DNA from: Clostridia bacterium
Lineage (GTDB): Bacteria; Bacillota; Clostridia; Oscillospirales; CAG-272
Assembly: GCA_017625065.1 (NCBI GenBank)
Contig: JAGALS010000075.1
Location: 3,659-67,658 of the forward strand
Direction: 5' to 3'
Length of the DNA: 64,000 bases
Shown here: piece after piece, positions 7,601 through 15,305 of the stretch
Layout: every line of letters starts with the position of its first letter
Position numbering within the stretch: the first letter of the stretch is position 1
Notes under the pieces: generated by a model
Databases searched by the model: none
The model's input: only the letters and a program-made list of their open reading frames with translations
Told to the model about the DNA's origin: nothing
Program-made: the position numbers and the translations under genes

Positions 7601-10080
7601 ATGTTGATACGGGTGACTTGATCAATGTGAAGGATGTAACAGTTACGGTGCTTGAGGGTGCCGATCTTGTGACAGTGAACGGAAACACGTTGACCGCAAG
7701 CGGTCTTGGAACCGTGACCTTCATGGTGCAATATTCCTATGATTATACCGATCACACCGACGCCACGCAAACGATCTCGCTTTGCACACAGCCCATCACG
7801 CTGACCGTTGTACAGGGCACGCTCATTGAGGGCGCGATCGCCGACGCTGACTACGCGAAGAACGGCGTTGTGGTGGCAGACAGAGCCTGCGAGGCGGGTG
7901 CGGGCAACAAATACGTTTCTGCCGAGCAGATGCAGGTGCTGAACGCCGCGATCGCCGCTGCAGAGGAAAAGAAGGAAACCGCAACCACCAACGAGGAGAT
8001 CACCGCCGCCGTAAAGGCGCTGACCGATGTTTTGGCGCTCTTTAATGAAGCCATCCAAACGGGCGACACGCACAGAGGTGAAGCTACGAACTCGACCGAA
8101 TGTAAGTACGGCTGCGGTACAATGGCTGTGGCTTACGTTCTGGACGCTGAAGGTAATCCCATTGAAGGCTTCTACCCAACGCTTGAGGACGCCATCGCCG
8201 CGGCAAACACAAACGGCGGCACGATTACCTTGCTGAAGGACGTTGTTATCAATGATTTGACCACTACCATAGAGATCACCACAAACGTGATCATTGACGG
8301 CGGTGAAAGTAATTATTCGATTACCGTCAGAACCAACACCAAGAATAATTTGTATGCGTTTACCGTAACGGGGACTTCCGATACGGATCGTGCCGCTCTT
8401 ACACTGAAAAACCTGAAGATCAGTTATACACATCCGACATCTAAAATAGAAAACGGCTCTATGATCTATCTTGGTAGTCAGTCCGAGCTGTACGTCAACA
8501 ACTGTGAGCTGACTACCAACAATGCTATTTTCGTTGTTGGTGGGTACTCTAGGGTTTTAAACGTTAAAAACTCAATCTGTACTTCCACGAGCTACTACGT
8601 TTATTATACTTGGCGCGGCGGTCGCAGCTCCCTTCAGGCGACCTTTGATACCTGTGTTCTTAAAAGTGAGCAAGTTGATGTCTCTAATATAGGTGTGGTT
8701 TATATAAACGGATATGCAGAAACGGGCGCAACGTATATCTTCACAAATACCACGCTGATCGCCACAAGCAAGATCCCCGCTATTTTGGTTGCTCAGAGCC
8801 CCACCATAATATTTACGGGTACCGTAACCGTTTCCGTTCCGGACGGCTGCGTTCTCAAGCAATCGGCAAACCAAGCCACGGTGAAATTTGGTGCCGAGGG
8901 GAATCCTTTCACAGACACGCAGATCATCCGTCAGAACGGTACGACCTACTACTTCTACGACACCGTGGATGCGGCGTTTACGGCAAAGCAGGATGGGGAT
9001 AGCATCTTCTCCTATGCCGCAAGCAGCGTTCAGAACAAGGGCTATGTGATCGAGACGGCGACCGACGCAAACAGCAACACCTACTATACGGTCGGTGCGA
9101 TCGACACCTCGCTTATTGAAAGCGCGATCGCCAACGCCAGCGACAAAAAGAACGGTATCGCGCAGGCGGAGAAGCCCTGTGAGGCGGGTGTGGGCAACAA
9201 ATATGTCTCCGCTGCTCAAATGCAGGCGCTGAACCAAGCGATCGCCGCTGCCGAGGCAAAGAAGGCATCCGCCACGACAAGCGGGGCGGTCATCGAAGCC
9301 GTGCAGGCATTGAACGACGCCTTGGCGAGCTTTGAAACCGCCATCCTGACCGGCGTGGCGCACAAGGACGACGGCATGGATCACGTCTGTGACTACGGCT
9401 GTGACGTATATCAAGGCGTTCACGCCGATAGCGCAAACGATAACGACCACGATTGCGAGTACTGCGGTGAAAGACTCAACGACTGCACACCGAACGAGGA
9501 CGACGGCGACTGCACCACCGCGATCACCTGCTCGGTATGCGGAGCGGTCACGACCGCGGCAAAGGCTGCTCATACGCCCGCTGAGGATGACGGCGATTGC
9601 ACCACGGCTATCACCTGTACGGAATGTGGAACGGTCACGACCGCGGCAAAGGCTGCTCATACGCCCGGCGAGGACGACGGAGACTGCACTACCGCCGTTT
9701 ACTGTACAGAATGTGAAAAAGTAGCCACCGCGGCAAAGGCTGCTCACACCGGCGGCACCGCGACCTGTACGGCAAAAGCAGCATGCTCGATCTGCGGCAA
9801 AGCATACGGTGAGCTTACACAGCATACCTACGACAGTGAAACCGATGCGAGCTGCAACGTCTGCGGCGCCGAGCGCGCGGTCGAAAATCAGACCAACGGG
9901 AACGAAAATACCGCAAACGGTAACGAAAATAACGCGCAAAACGGCAACACCGAAGCCCCCGCAAAGCAGGGCCTTTCGAGCGGTGCAATCGCCGGTATTG
10001 TGATCGGTGCTGTCGCCGTGATCGGCGCTCTTGCCGTGACGGCGGTCTTTGTTGTGAAAAAGAAAAAACAGACCAAATAA
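4690..10080 (+). CDS. Giant membrane-anchored surface protein: signal peptide, 2x LamG/ConA-like domains, glycerophosphodiester phosphodiesterase (GDPD) domain, Ig-like/beta-helix-like region, helical FIVAR-like modules, Cys-rich repeats, C-terminal TM anchor
   Basis: AAGGAG at 4674-4679 favours ATG 4690 (MKRKCRILVCLIAAIMIVSALPLAVFAQDG signal peptide); ATGs at 4681 and 4684 are too close to the RBS. A duplicated ~230-aa module begins YV(T/S)(S/D)GLVS(R/H)YD..DRGT(T/A)DGVW.DLVGTNDI. GDPD motifs are GGHRGIPSKAPENTVEG, VEMDV and VCHDST. Three 29-aa EDDGDCTTAITCxxCG repeats are present. The C-terminus GLSSGAIAGIVIGAVAVIGALAVTAVFVVKKKKQTK forms a TM anchor plus a basic stop-transfer sequence. Confidence 0.85.
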   Translation: MKRKCRILVCLIAAIMIVSALPLAVFAQDGEPESAVDYVTSGLVSRYDADDRGTTDGVWEDLVGTNDIEIVNKRTDGKGSVAFTDDGLKLSSTWCDLPEGINTLLRGTSFTMEFLMGDIVQGHTFHGIIGASNDSATLFIHNNGNLYLKSRGEISGARPTVPGGLALFKNSLLTATYDTVAQTAVIYVNGVEMGREVISANAFMADTVIAALGYTGTNRDGQERTYRSIRFYNRALSVSEIETNAFVDGFLRYREDTQYVSDGLVSHYDGVDRGTADGVWKDLVGTNDITVASGAGEGVGTIAFQNNGLYIKDTYCDLPDGIDAVLKGTSFTMEFLMGDIVQGHKYHTILGAPNDELGLFITSSVLYLKSPGETSNKKRPSASGGLDVFGNALISVTYDTVAKTAAIYINGVEMGRNVLDGDPALVSSFATLGYSGTDNRANQERTYRSIRFYNRVLSASEIMQNAYVDGMHPGIAIAQPVTNIVGDMAMTRDIGSAAELAEMMAADRLPAAAIYRINSELFVTDGDGNAFARLFDVIKQTEFKVLPVVIPEDLNTVNALVVFIKEIGFYDISILTKDAELLKAVRAKMPALRGALDLTDVYKDRSELTKDDLINIRKTANINGATVVLLPAALATKDNVQHLYNRQINVWVGISDTPTAAEKYNALLSGAVGVISDDTAGLLDIALALPANTMTRSPLNGGHRGIPSKAPENTVEGSILAWELGANYVEMDVLLSKDNKVVVCHDSTTNRTCDQNYTVENENYVGVLEHVKANKGFENDPLYKDCKLPLLDDYFEYFKNTDCLMVVEIKSGNTNIVPYVKALTEQYNMYDQVFVISFKANIRATMRELWPEMSVGYLTNGILSETDADRTAIDAMNALGSDSTSFNPQIGSLSSKAARATLLRGFQVNTWGGNIGSISLAKFLASGLPSFAYNQTDYFGSAVQSFAANLPEKLLLGKSAVISMDLLTYANVDTGDLINVKDVTVTVLEGADLVTVNGNTLTASGLGTVTFMVQYSYDYTDHTDATQTISLCTQPITLTVVQGTLIEGAIADADYAKNGVVVADRACEAGAGNKYVSAEQMQVLNAAIAAAEEKKETATTNEEITAAVKALTDVLALFNEAIQTGDTHRGEATNSTECKYGCGTMAVAYVLDAEGNPIEGFYPTLEDAIAAANTNGGTITLLKDVVINDLTTTIEITTNVIIDGGESNYSITVRTNTKNNLYAFTVTGTSDTDRAALTLKNLKISYTHPTSKIENGSMIYLGSQSELYVNNCELTTNNAIFVVGGYSRVLNVKNSICTSTSYYVYYTWRGGRSSLQATFDTCVLKSEQVDVSNIGVVYINGYAETGATYIFTNTTLIATSKIPAILVAQSPTIIFTGTVTVSVPDGCVLKQSANQATVKFGAEGNPFTDTQIIRQNGTTYYFYDTVDAAFTAKQDGDSIFSYAASSVQNKGYVIETATDANSNTYYTVGAIDTSLIESAIANASDKKNGIAQAEKPCEAGVGNKYVSAAQMQALNQAIAAAEAKKASATTSGAVIEAVQALNDALASFETAILTGVAHKDDGMDHVCDYGCDVYQGVHADSANDNDHDCEYCGERLNDCTPNEDDGDCTTAITCSVCGAVTTAAKAAHTPAEDDGDCTTAITCTECGTVTTAAKAAHTPGEDDGDCTTAVYCTECEKVATAAKAAHTGGTATCTAKAACSICGKAYGELTQHTYDSETDASCNVCGAERAVENQTNGNENTANGNENNAQNGNTEAPAKQGLSSGAIAGIVIGAVAVIGALAVTAVFVVKKKKQTK
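9496..9756 (+). repeat. In-frame 3 x 87-bp tandem repeat (29-aa Cys-rich unit) inside the surface protein gene
   Basis: Copies start at 9496, 9583 and 9670 (GAGGA(C/T)GACGG(C/A)GA(C/T)TGCAC...GCGGCAAAGGCTGCTCA). Copies 1 and 2 are nearly identical at the DNA level. Confidence 0.9.
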
Positions 10081-10135
10081 GCTTATAAATTTCAAAAAAG
10101 CTTGCACACAAAAATGCGTGCAAGCTTGAAAAAGG

Positions 10136-10175
10136 AAAAGCGCGGACAGAAATCTATCTGTCCGCGCTTTTTTTA
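10136..10175. terminator. Bidirectional terminator between convergent genes
   Basis: GCGCGGACAGA-loop-TCTGTCCGCGC with an A-tract 5' and a T-tract 3'. A second hairpin, AGCTTGCAC...GTGCAAGCT, lies at 10098-10127. Confidence 0.7.
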
Positions 10176-10745
10176 TTTAGGTTGTATTTGTTGTGTTTCT
10201 TTGTCTTGCTGTTCCAGCTCGGCAAGCGCCGAAAGGCGTATGCGTAAGGCGATCAAGCTGATCAGAAGATAAAGCGCCGAAATGGCAAGCGCCGCGATAC
10301 CGCAAATGAAAAACACAGTCTCTTCGACCTGCATCAAGGAGATCACGACCATCAGCACACCAAAAAAGATCAAAGGCAATTCCCTTTTCAATCTCTTTTT
10401 ATGCTCGGTGACAAGCAACGCGCGCACGATCGGCAACGTGATCGAAAAAATGCCCAGCACCATCAAAACGTCGTCGCGCCTGATCAGCATCAAGAGCACG
10501 CCAAACGCGATCGCCGCCGCCGAGATCAGCAAATGGATCCACTCGCCGCGGCGCTTGAGGTGAAACAGCGAGTACAGGCACGAGGGGAGGTTCAGCACCA
10601 CCGTCATCAGCCCCATCGCGATCAGCAAAACGTCAAAGACCTCGACCGCATACGGGCGGGCGATCAAAAACAGCACACCAAGCAATGCGCCGAACAGTGT
10701 CGTCATACCGATACGCATCAAATAGTACTTTTTATAAGCGTTCAT
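10173..10745 (-). CDS. Polytopic membrane protein (DUF308/HdeD-like by size and topology)
   Basis: 190-aa ORF made almost entirely of hydrophobic helices (TTLFGALLGVLFLIA, LLIAMGLMTVVL, ISAAAIAFGVLLML and others). The family assignment is tentative. Confidence 0.55.
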   Translation of the reverse strand: MNAYKKYYLMRIGMTTLFGALLGVLFLIARPYAVEVFDVLLIAMGLMTVVLNLPSCLYSLFHLKRRGEWIHLLISAAAIAFGVLLMLIRRDDVLMVLGIFSITLPIVRALLVTEHKKRLKRELPLIFFGVLMVVISLMQVEETVFFICGIAALAISALYLLISLIALRIRLSALAELEQQDKETQQIQPK

Positions 10746-10760
10746 TGCGTTCCCTTTCCG

Positions 10761-11246
10761 TTATGCGTTGCTGCAATGCAACGTGCGGATATACTCCGCC
10801 ACTGCCGGTGCCAAAAAGGCATCGGGTTGCTCTCCTGCGTGGATCATATCGCGCACCTTGGTGGAATGGATCTGTTCAAAATCATCTGCCGCTTGCAAAA
10901 AAATGGTTTTGGCACGGGGATTGTGCTCAAGATTCCACGCCGCCATTTTTTCCTCGTAAGCGCGATCCTCTTCATTGCGGATGCCCTTGACGATCACGTC
11001 GGCTTGAAGCTCGTCAAACAGGTCAATGAGCAACCCGTCAGAGCCGACCACACAAACGCGATCTAAGCCTTTTACCGCAAGCTCTGCCATATCAACGCGC
11101 TGCTCAAGGGTATAATCATAATTTTTTTGATCGTTGATCATAACGGCGACCACCACCTCGTCATACAGCGCGAGCGCGCGCTTGACGATATCAAGGTGTC
11201 CCACCGTTATGGGATCAAAGCTACCGGGGATCAGTGCAAGACTCAT
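10761..11246 (-). CDS. coaD: Phosphopantetheine adenylyltransferase
   Basis: N-terminal IPGSFDPITVGHLDIVKRA (HxGH nucleotidyltransferase motif), ~160 aa. The start overlaps the rsmD stop (ATGA coupling). Confidence 0.93.
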   Translation of the reverse strand: MSLALIPGSFDPITVGHLDIVKRALALYDEVVVAVMINDQKNYDYTLEQRVDMAELAVKGLDRVCVVGSDGLLIDLFDELQADVIVKGIRNEEDRAYEEKMAAWNLEHNPRAKTIFLQAADDFEQIHSTKVRDMIHAGEQPDAFLAPAVAEYIRTLHCSNA

Positions 11247-11809
11247 ATATTTGCCTCCTTCATTACGGTGATATACGCGACACCGTAACGGTTTTGTTTT
11301 ATGATTTCAAATCGATCGGCAAGCGCCGTATCGCCGCCAAAGACATTCGCGATCTCGCGGCTTTCGGTAATGACCAAGGCATCCTTTGCAAGCAATCCCC
11401 GTGAGACAAGCAAAAACAGACTTTGCGGCAGCACGCCTGCATCGTAAGGGGGATCAAGGAAACAAAGGTCGAACGGCGCTTCGTGGCAGGTTTTTAAATA
11501 CGACAGCGCATCACCCGTGACGATCCTTGCCCTTTGCGACAGATGGGTGCGCTCAGCATTGCGGCGCACGATCTCCGCGGCCTCCTTAGAGGCATCGACA
11601 AAAACCGCCTCCGCAGCTCCGCGGCTGAGTGCCTCAAGCCCGAGCTGACCCGATCCCGCAAAAAGATCAAGCACACGTGCGCCGTTCGGCTTTTGCTGCA
11701 GCATCGAAAACAGCGCTTCCTTCGCGCGCTCGGAGGTGGGGCGTGTCTCATCCCCCGGCCTTGTGTAAAGATGCGTGCCTCTGGCACTGCCCGTAATGAT
11801 ACGCATCAT
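11243..11809 (-). CDS. rsmD: 16S rRNA (guanine966-N2)-methyltransferase RsmD
   Basis: MRIITGSARG..L....G..TRPTSERAKEALFSML followed by VLDLFAGSGQLGLEALSRGA and the DPPY motif (LDPPYD). It lies in the conserved rsmD-coaD arrangement. Confidence 0.9.
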   Translation of the reverse strand: MMRIITGSARGTHLYTRPGDETRPTSERAKEALFSMLQQKPNGARVLDLFAGSGQLGLEALSRGAAEAVFVDASKEAAEIVRRNAERTHLSQRARIVTGDALSYLKTCHEAPFDLCFLDPPYDAGVLPQSLFLLVSRGLLAKDALVITESREIANVFGGDTALADRFEIIKQNRYGVAYITVMKEANI

Positions 11810-13653
11810 ACATTGTCCCCTCCCTTTTCGTGAAAATAGCGATAGATCTCGTCTGCCAGCACAGGTCCGATGCCCGGCGCCTCGGCAAGTGCGTTTTTAT
11901 CCGCTTTTTTGACGGCGGCAAGCCCACCGAAGTGTGAGAGCAGCAGCTTTGCCTTTGCGCGCCCCACACCGGGTATTTTTTCAAGCGAGGAGGTACGCAG
12001 TGTTTCGCTCTTTGCCTCGCTCATCCGCTTGATAGAAAAGCGGTGGACCTCCTCCTGTATACGGTAGATCATCGTGAACACGGCGCGGTCGCGCGCGATC
12101 GAGATCTCCTCGGTATCGCTGCAAAGCGCGCGCGTTTTGTGAAACGCATCCTTGACCATACCAAAAACGGGGATCGCGAGCCCCAGCTCGCGCATCAGCT
12201 GCCGAACGGTCGCCACGTGCGTATTTCCGCCGTCCAAGAGGATCAGATCGGGCGCGGCACCAAACGCACCGTCCCCCGCACTCAAATGCTCAAAACGGCG
12301 AAAAATCGCCTCTCGCATCGAGGCATAGTCATCCGTCCCCTCCACGTTCTTGATGCGGAAGGTGCGATAATCGCTTTTTTTGAAGCGCCCCTTTTCATAA
12401 ACGATCATACCGCAGGTCAGGTGCTCCGCGCCGAGGTTGGAAATATCATAGCTTTCAATGCGGTCGGGCACCACCTCAAGCGAGAGCATTTGGGCAAGTC
12501 GCACCAAGGTCTTATCGCTCTGCTCCTGCTCGCGGCGCTCTGCCTGTACCCGTTCACGGGCGTTTTCAACAGCCAGGACGCATCTTGTTCTTCGATCGCC
12601 CCGTATGGGGGTATAGAGCTGTACCTTTTTGCCCGCAATCTCACAAAGAGAGTCGCTCAAAGCGGCAAGATCCTCCTCGCCTGCGGTAAAGGAGATCAGC
12701 ACGCGGGGCGGGATCTCCGCGCGGCGGCGATAGTGGTCATAGACAAAGGACAGCAATGCTTCCTCATCCAATATCTCATCCGCGCCGAACACGACCTCGT
12801 GCTTATCAAGCAACGCGCCCTCGCGGATATAAAAAACTGACATAGCGGCACCGTAGTCGTCCTGATAAAAGCCGAACACATCCTCGTTTGTATCGGGAGA
12901 AGCCAGCACCTTTTGCTTTTGGGAGAGCTTTTCAAGCGCGAACAGACGGTCACGGTAGACCGCCGCCTTTTCAAAGCGCTCCTCTGCCGCCGCCGCTTCC
13001 ATCTCCGTGCGCACGCGCGCACGCGCCGCGGCGGTATCGCCTCGCAAGATCTCGGTGGCGCAATGGATCAGCTTGGCGTATTCCGCTTCGCTGACAGCAC
13101 CCGTACAAACACCGCAGCACTGTCCGAGCTGATAATAAAGGCAGGGACGTTCCTTGCCGATATCCTGCGGAAAACGGCGGCTGCAGGTGGGCAGCGAAAG
13201 CGTTTTTTGCAGGGTGCGCAGTACACTGCCCGCAACAGACGCGCCCGAATACGGTCCGAAATATCTTGCCTTATCCAAGGCACGTGTACGGGTAAACTCC
13301 AGGCGCGGATACGCGCCCGCGGTAATTTTAATATACGGATAGGATTTTGCATCCTTTAGGCGAATGTTGTATTTGGGGGTATACTGCTTGATCAGGGTAT
13401 TTTCCAGCGCAAGCGCTTCGATCTCGGTATTGCACAAAAAGTAATCGAAATCAGCAACGCTTGCCACCATACGGGCAGTCTTGATCTGCTTTTCGCTGTT
13501 TTGAAAATATTGGGAAACGCGGTTTTTCAGTTTGCGCGATTTTCCTACATAAATAATCTTATGTTCGGCATCCTTCATTAAATACACGCCCGGCGTTAAG
13601 GGGAGATTATTTGCCTTTTCCAGCAAGCGCTGGCGCAGCTCTTCCTTTTGCAA
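11806..13653 (-). CDS. uvrC: Excinuclease ABC subunit C
   Basis: GIY-YIG N-terminus (PGVYLMKDAEHKIIYVGKSRKLKNRVSQYF), a Cys cluster, and a C-terminal (HhH)2 region. TTG start at 13653 with a GGAGGTG RBS 5 nt upstream. Confidence 0.95.
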   Translation of the reverse strand: MQKEELRQRLLEKANNLPLTPGVYLMKDAEHKIIYVGKSRKLKNRVSQYFQNSEKQIKTARMVASVADFDYFLCNTEIEALALENTLIKQYTPKYNIRLKDAKSYPYIKITAGAYPRLEFTRTRALDKARYFGPYSGASVAGSVLRTLQKTLSLPTCSRRFPQDIGKERPCLYYQLGQCCGVCTGAVSEAEYAKLIHCATEILRGDTAAARARVRTEMEAAAAEERFEKAAVYRDRLFALEKLSQKQKVLASPDTNEDVFGFYQDDYGAAMSVFYIREGALLDKHEVVFGADEILDEEALLSFVYDHYRRRAEIPPRVLISFTAGEEDLAALSDSLCEIAGKKVQLYTPIRGDRRTRCVLAVENARERVQAERREQEQSDKTLVRLAQMLSLEVVPDRIESYDISNLGAEHLTCGMIVYEKGRFKKSDYRTFRIKNVEGTDDYASMREAIFRRFEHLSAGDGAFGAAPDLILLDGGNTHVATVRQLMRELGLAIPVFGMVKDAFHKTRALCSDTEEISIARDRAVFTMIYRIQEEVHRFSIKRMSEAKSETLRTSSLEKIPGVGRAKAKLLLSHFGGLAAVKKADKNALAEAPGIGPVLADEIYRYFHEKGGDNV

Positions 13654-13667
13654 AATCTCACCTCCCC

Positions 13668-13699
13668 CAAAAAAGGGCGCCTTTTACGAAGGCGCCCCC
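13668..13699 (-). terminator. Terminator downstream of the HPr gene
   Basis: On the minus strand: GGGGGCGCC-TTCGTAAAA-GGCGCCC followed by TTTTTT. Confidence 0.7.
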
Positions 13700-13722
13700 A
13701 AATTCACGGTAAAAACGTTTGT

Positions 13723-13986
13723 TCAGTCCTGAAAACCGGTATCGATCAATGCCTGCAAGCCGTCAAGCGCATCGGTCTCATCCGAGCCGTCGGCGATCAG
13801 CTTGATGGTCATACCCTGTGCGATCCCAAGGGAAAGCACGCCCAAAAGACTTTTGGCATTAACCTTTCGATCTTCCTTTTCAACCCACACCGAACACTTA
13901 TATGCATTCGCCTTCTGAATAAAGAAGGTTGCAGGCCGAGCGTGAAGCCCGATCGTATTCGTAATGGTCACTTCGCGAGAAATCAT
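13723..13986 (-). CDS. ptsH: HPr family phosphocarrier protein
   Basis: MISREVTITNTIGLHARPA (His15 site) and NAKSLLGVLSLG (Ser46 site). ATG 13986 has a GGAG RBS; the track ORF start at 14025 is an upstream extension. Confidence 0.9.
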   Translation of the reverse strand: MISREVTITNTIGLHARPATFFIQKANAYKCSVWVEKEDRKVNAKSLLGVLSLGIAQGMTIKLIADGSDETDALDGLQALIDTGFQD

Positions 13987-14144
13987 AAATTTAATGCTCC
14001 GTTTCTTTTGGTTTCCCCGATACAATCAGATCGGGGTAGACTAGTAGTAGAAATAGTATAACAAATTCGGGCAAGAAAATCAATGGGCATTTTTTTGGTA
14101 TTTTACACAGATAAAAGCACAATATCTGTGGAAATTAGCCAAAA

Positions 14145-14669
14145 TTATACCGTTTTTTGAATGCTTGTGATGCGGATTTCAAAATCTGCGGTCTCGGTAT
14201 ACGCCCTCACGACCTGGTTGACGGCAAGATAGGCTCTGCCTTCCAAAAGGAAGGTCCCCTCGTGCTCGATGCCGCGGCAGTTGAGCACCCCGTTTGCATC
14301 AAGCAAATATTCAAAATTATCCTGAGGATAAACCGCCTTTACGGTCTCGCCCTCACCATTTTGCAAATACACGGTTGCCGCCGAGGTCGAGACCTGCTCG
14401 GCAAGCGTACCAAGCGACACCTGCGTGTCGTTATCCTCTAAATATAATGCGGTTCCCTTTTCCAGAAGGTCGGCGGTGGTGCTTCGTATCTGTTTGATCT
14501 CAAAGGTCACGGTATACGCCTCAAGCGCTTCTCCGGAGTCAAAGAGCCTTTGCAAATTTTTTCTTTGCCAGACGCCAACGATCGCAAGGATCGCAAGCAG
14601 GATCAGAACGGCATCCACCACGTTGAAGCGGATACGGGAAAGGATATTTTTCGTTTCACTGTTTTTCAT
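14145..14669 (-). CDS. DUF4330-like membrane-anchored protein
   Basis: 174 aa. It has an N-terminal anchor (NVVDAVLILLAILAIVGV) followed by a beta-rich body, with size and pattern like DUF4330. AAGGAGG RBS. Confidence 0.6.
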   Translation of the reverse strand: MKNSETKNILSRIRFNVVDAVLILLAILAIVGVWQRKNLQRLFDSGEALEAYTVTFEIKQIRSTTADLLEKGTALYLEDNDTQVSLGTLAEQVSTSAATVYLQNGEGETVKAVYPQDNFEYLLDANGVLNCRGIEHEGTFLLEGRAYLAVNQVVRAYTETADFEIRITSIQKTV

Positions 14670-14682
14670 ACGCTTCCCCTCC

Positions 14683-15273
14683 TTACTCTGCGTGAAATTC
14701 TACGCATACGGCGCTCGCCGCATATGCGGGAAAATGCAGGTCGTAGGTGCGACCGACCGCAATGCGGCAGTCCTCCACGGAATAGCCGACTCCCGATCGA
14801 TAATCTGCCGTAACGGCGATCGTTACGGTAACGGTGTTGAATTGTTCGGGGTAGGTCACCTTTGTGACAACATAGCTGTTCAGAGCTTCATCCTTAACGG
14901 GGACGTCGGTATACGCCTCATACGCGCGGCTGCTGACTGCCGTAACCACACCGATCACAGCCCCCGTATCTTTGTCGGTGACGGCATCACCGACCTTCAG
15001 GGCGCTGAGCGAATCGCGGTCCACCCCGGAAAGCTCGACGGTATAGGTGACGTTGCGTACCTCCGTACCCTCCGAATCAAACAGAGAAAAGGGTGTGAGC
15101 AGCGAGACCATAAAAACGATCGCTGCAACAATAGCGGCAAGCAACAAAACGTCCACGACCAGAAAAAGCCAGCGTCTGCTGCTGTCCTTTCCCTTGCCGG
15201 ATGATGCGGCTTCAAAGCGATGTGCGTGCTCCTCTTTGTCCTGCTTTGGCACATCGTTCTTTTGACGATTCAT
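14683..15273 (-). CDS. DUF4330-like membrane-anchored protein (paralogue with a basic N-terminal extension)
   Basis: 196 aa. The anchor is WLFLVVDVLLLAAIVAAIVFMV, followed by VTYTVELSGVD...LKVGDAVTD..TGAVIGVV. AAGGAGG RBS. It is adjacent to its paralogue. Confidence 0.55.
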   Translation of the reverse strand: MNRQKNDVPKQDKEEHAHRFEAASSGKGKDSSRRWLFLVVDVLLLAAIVAAIVFMVSLLTPFSLFDSEGTEVRNVTYTVELSGVDRDSLSALKVGDAVTDKDTGAVIGVVTAVSSRAYEAYTDVPVKDEALNSYVVTKVTYPEQFNTVTVTIAVTADYRSGVGYSVEDCRIAVGRTYDLHFPAYAASAVCVEFHAE

Positions 15274-15305
15274 AATTTTACCTCCTTTAGCATTGCGATC
15301 AAGGC

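Noticed and set aside
5695-10107. Long minus-strand ORFs (434, 292 and 511 aa) inside the giant surface-protein gene
   Set aside because: They are antisense to a gene with a signal peptide, recognisable domains and a TM anchor. Their translations are low-complexity (R/G/V/D-rich).
13711-13724. Cheo/LexA-box-like sequence AAAACGTTTGTTCA upstream of uvrC
   Set aside because: It has a mismatch in the GAAC half-site, overlaps the HPr stop codon, and lies upstream of the HPr terminator rather than in a uvrC promoter. No canonical LexA is evident in the window.
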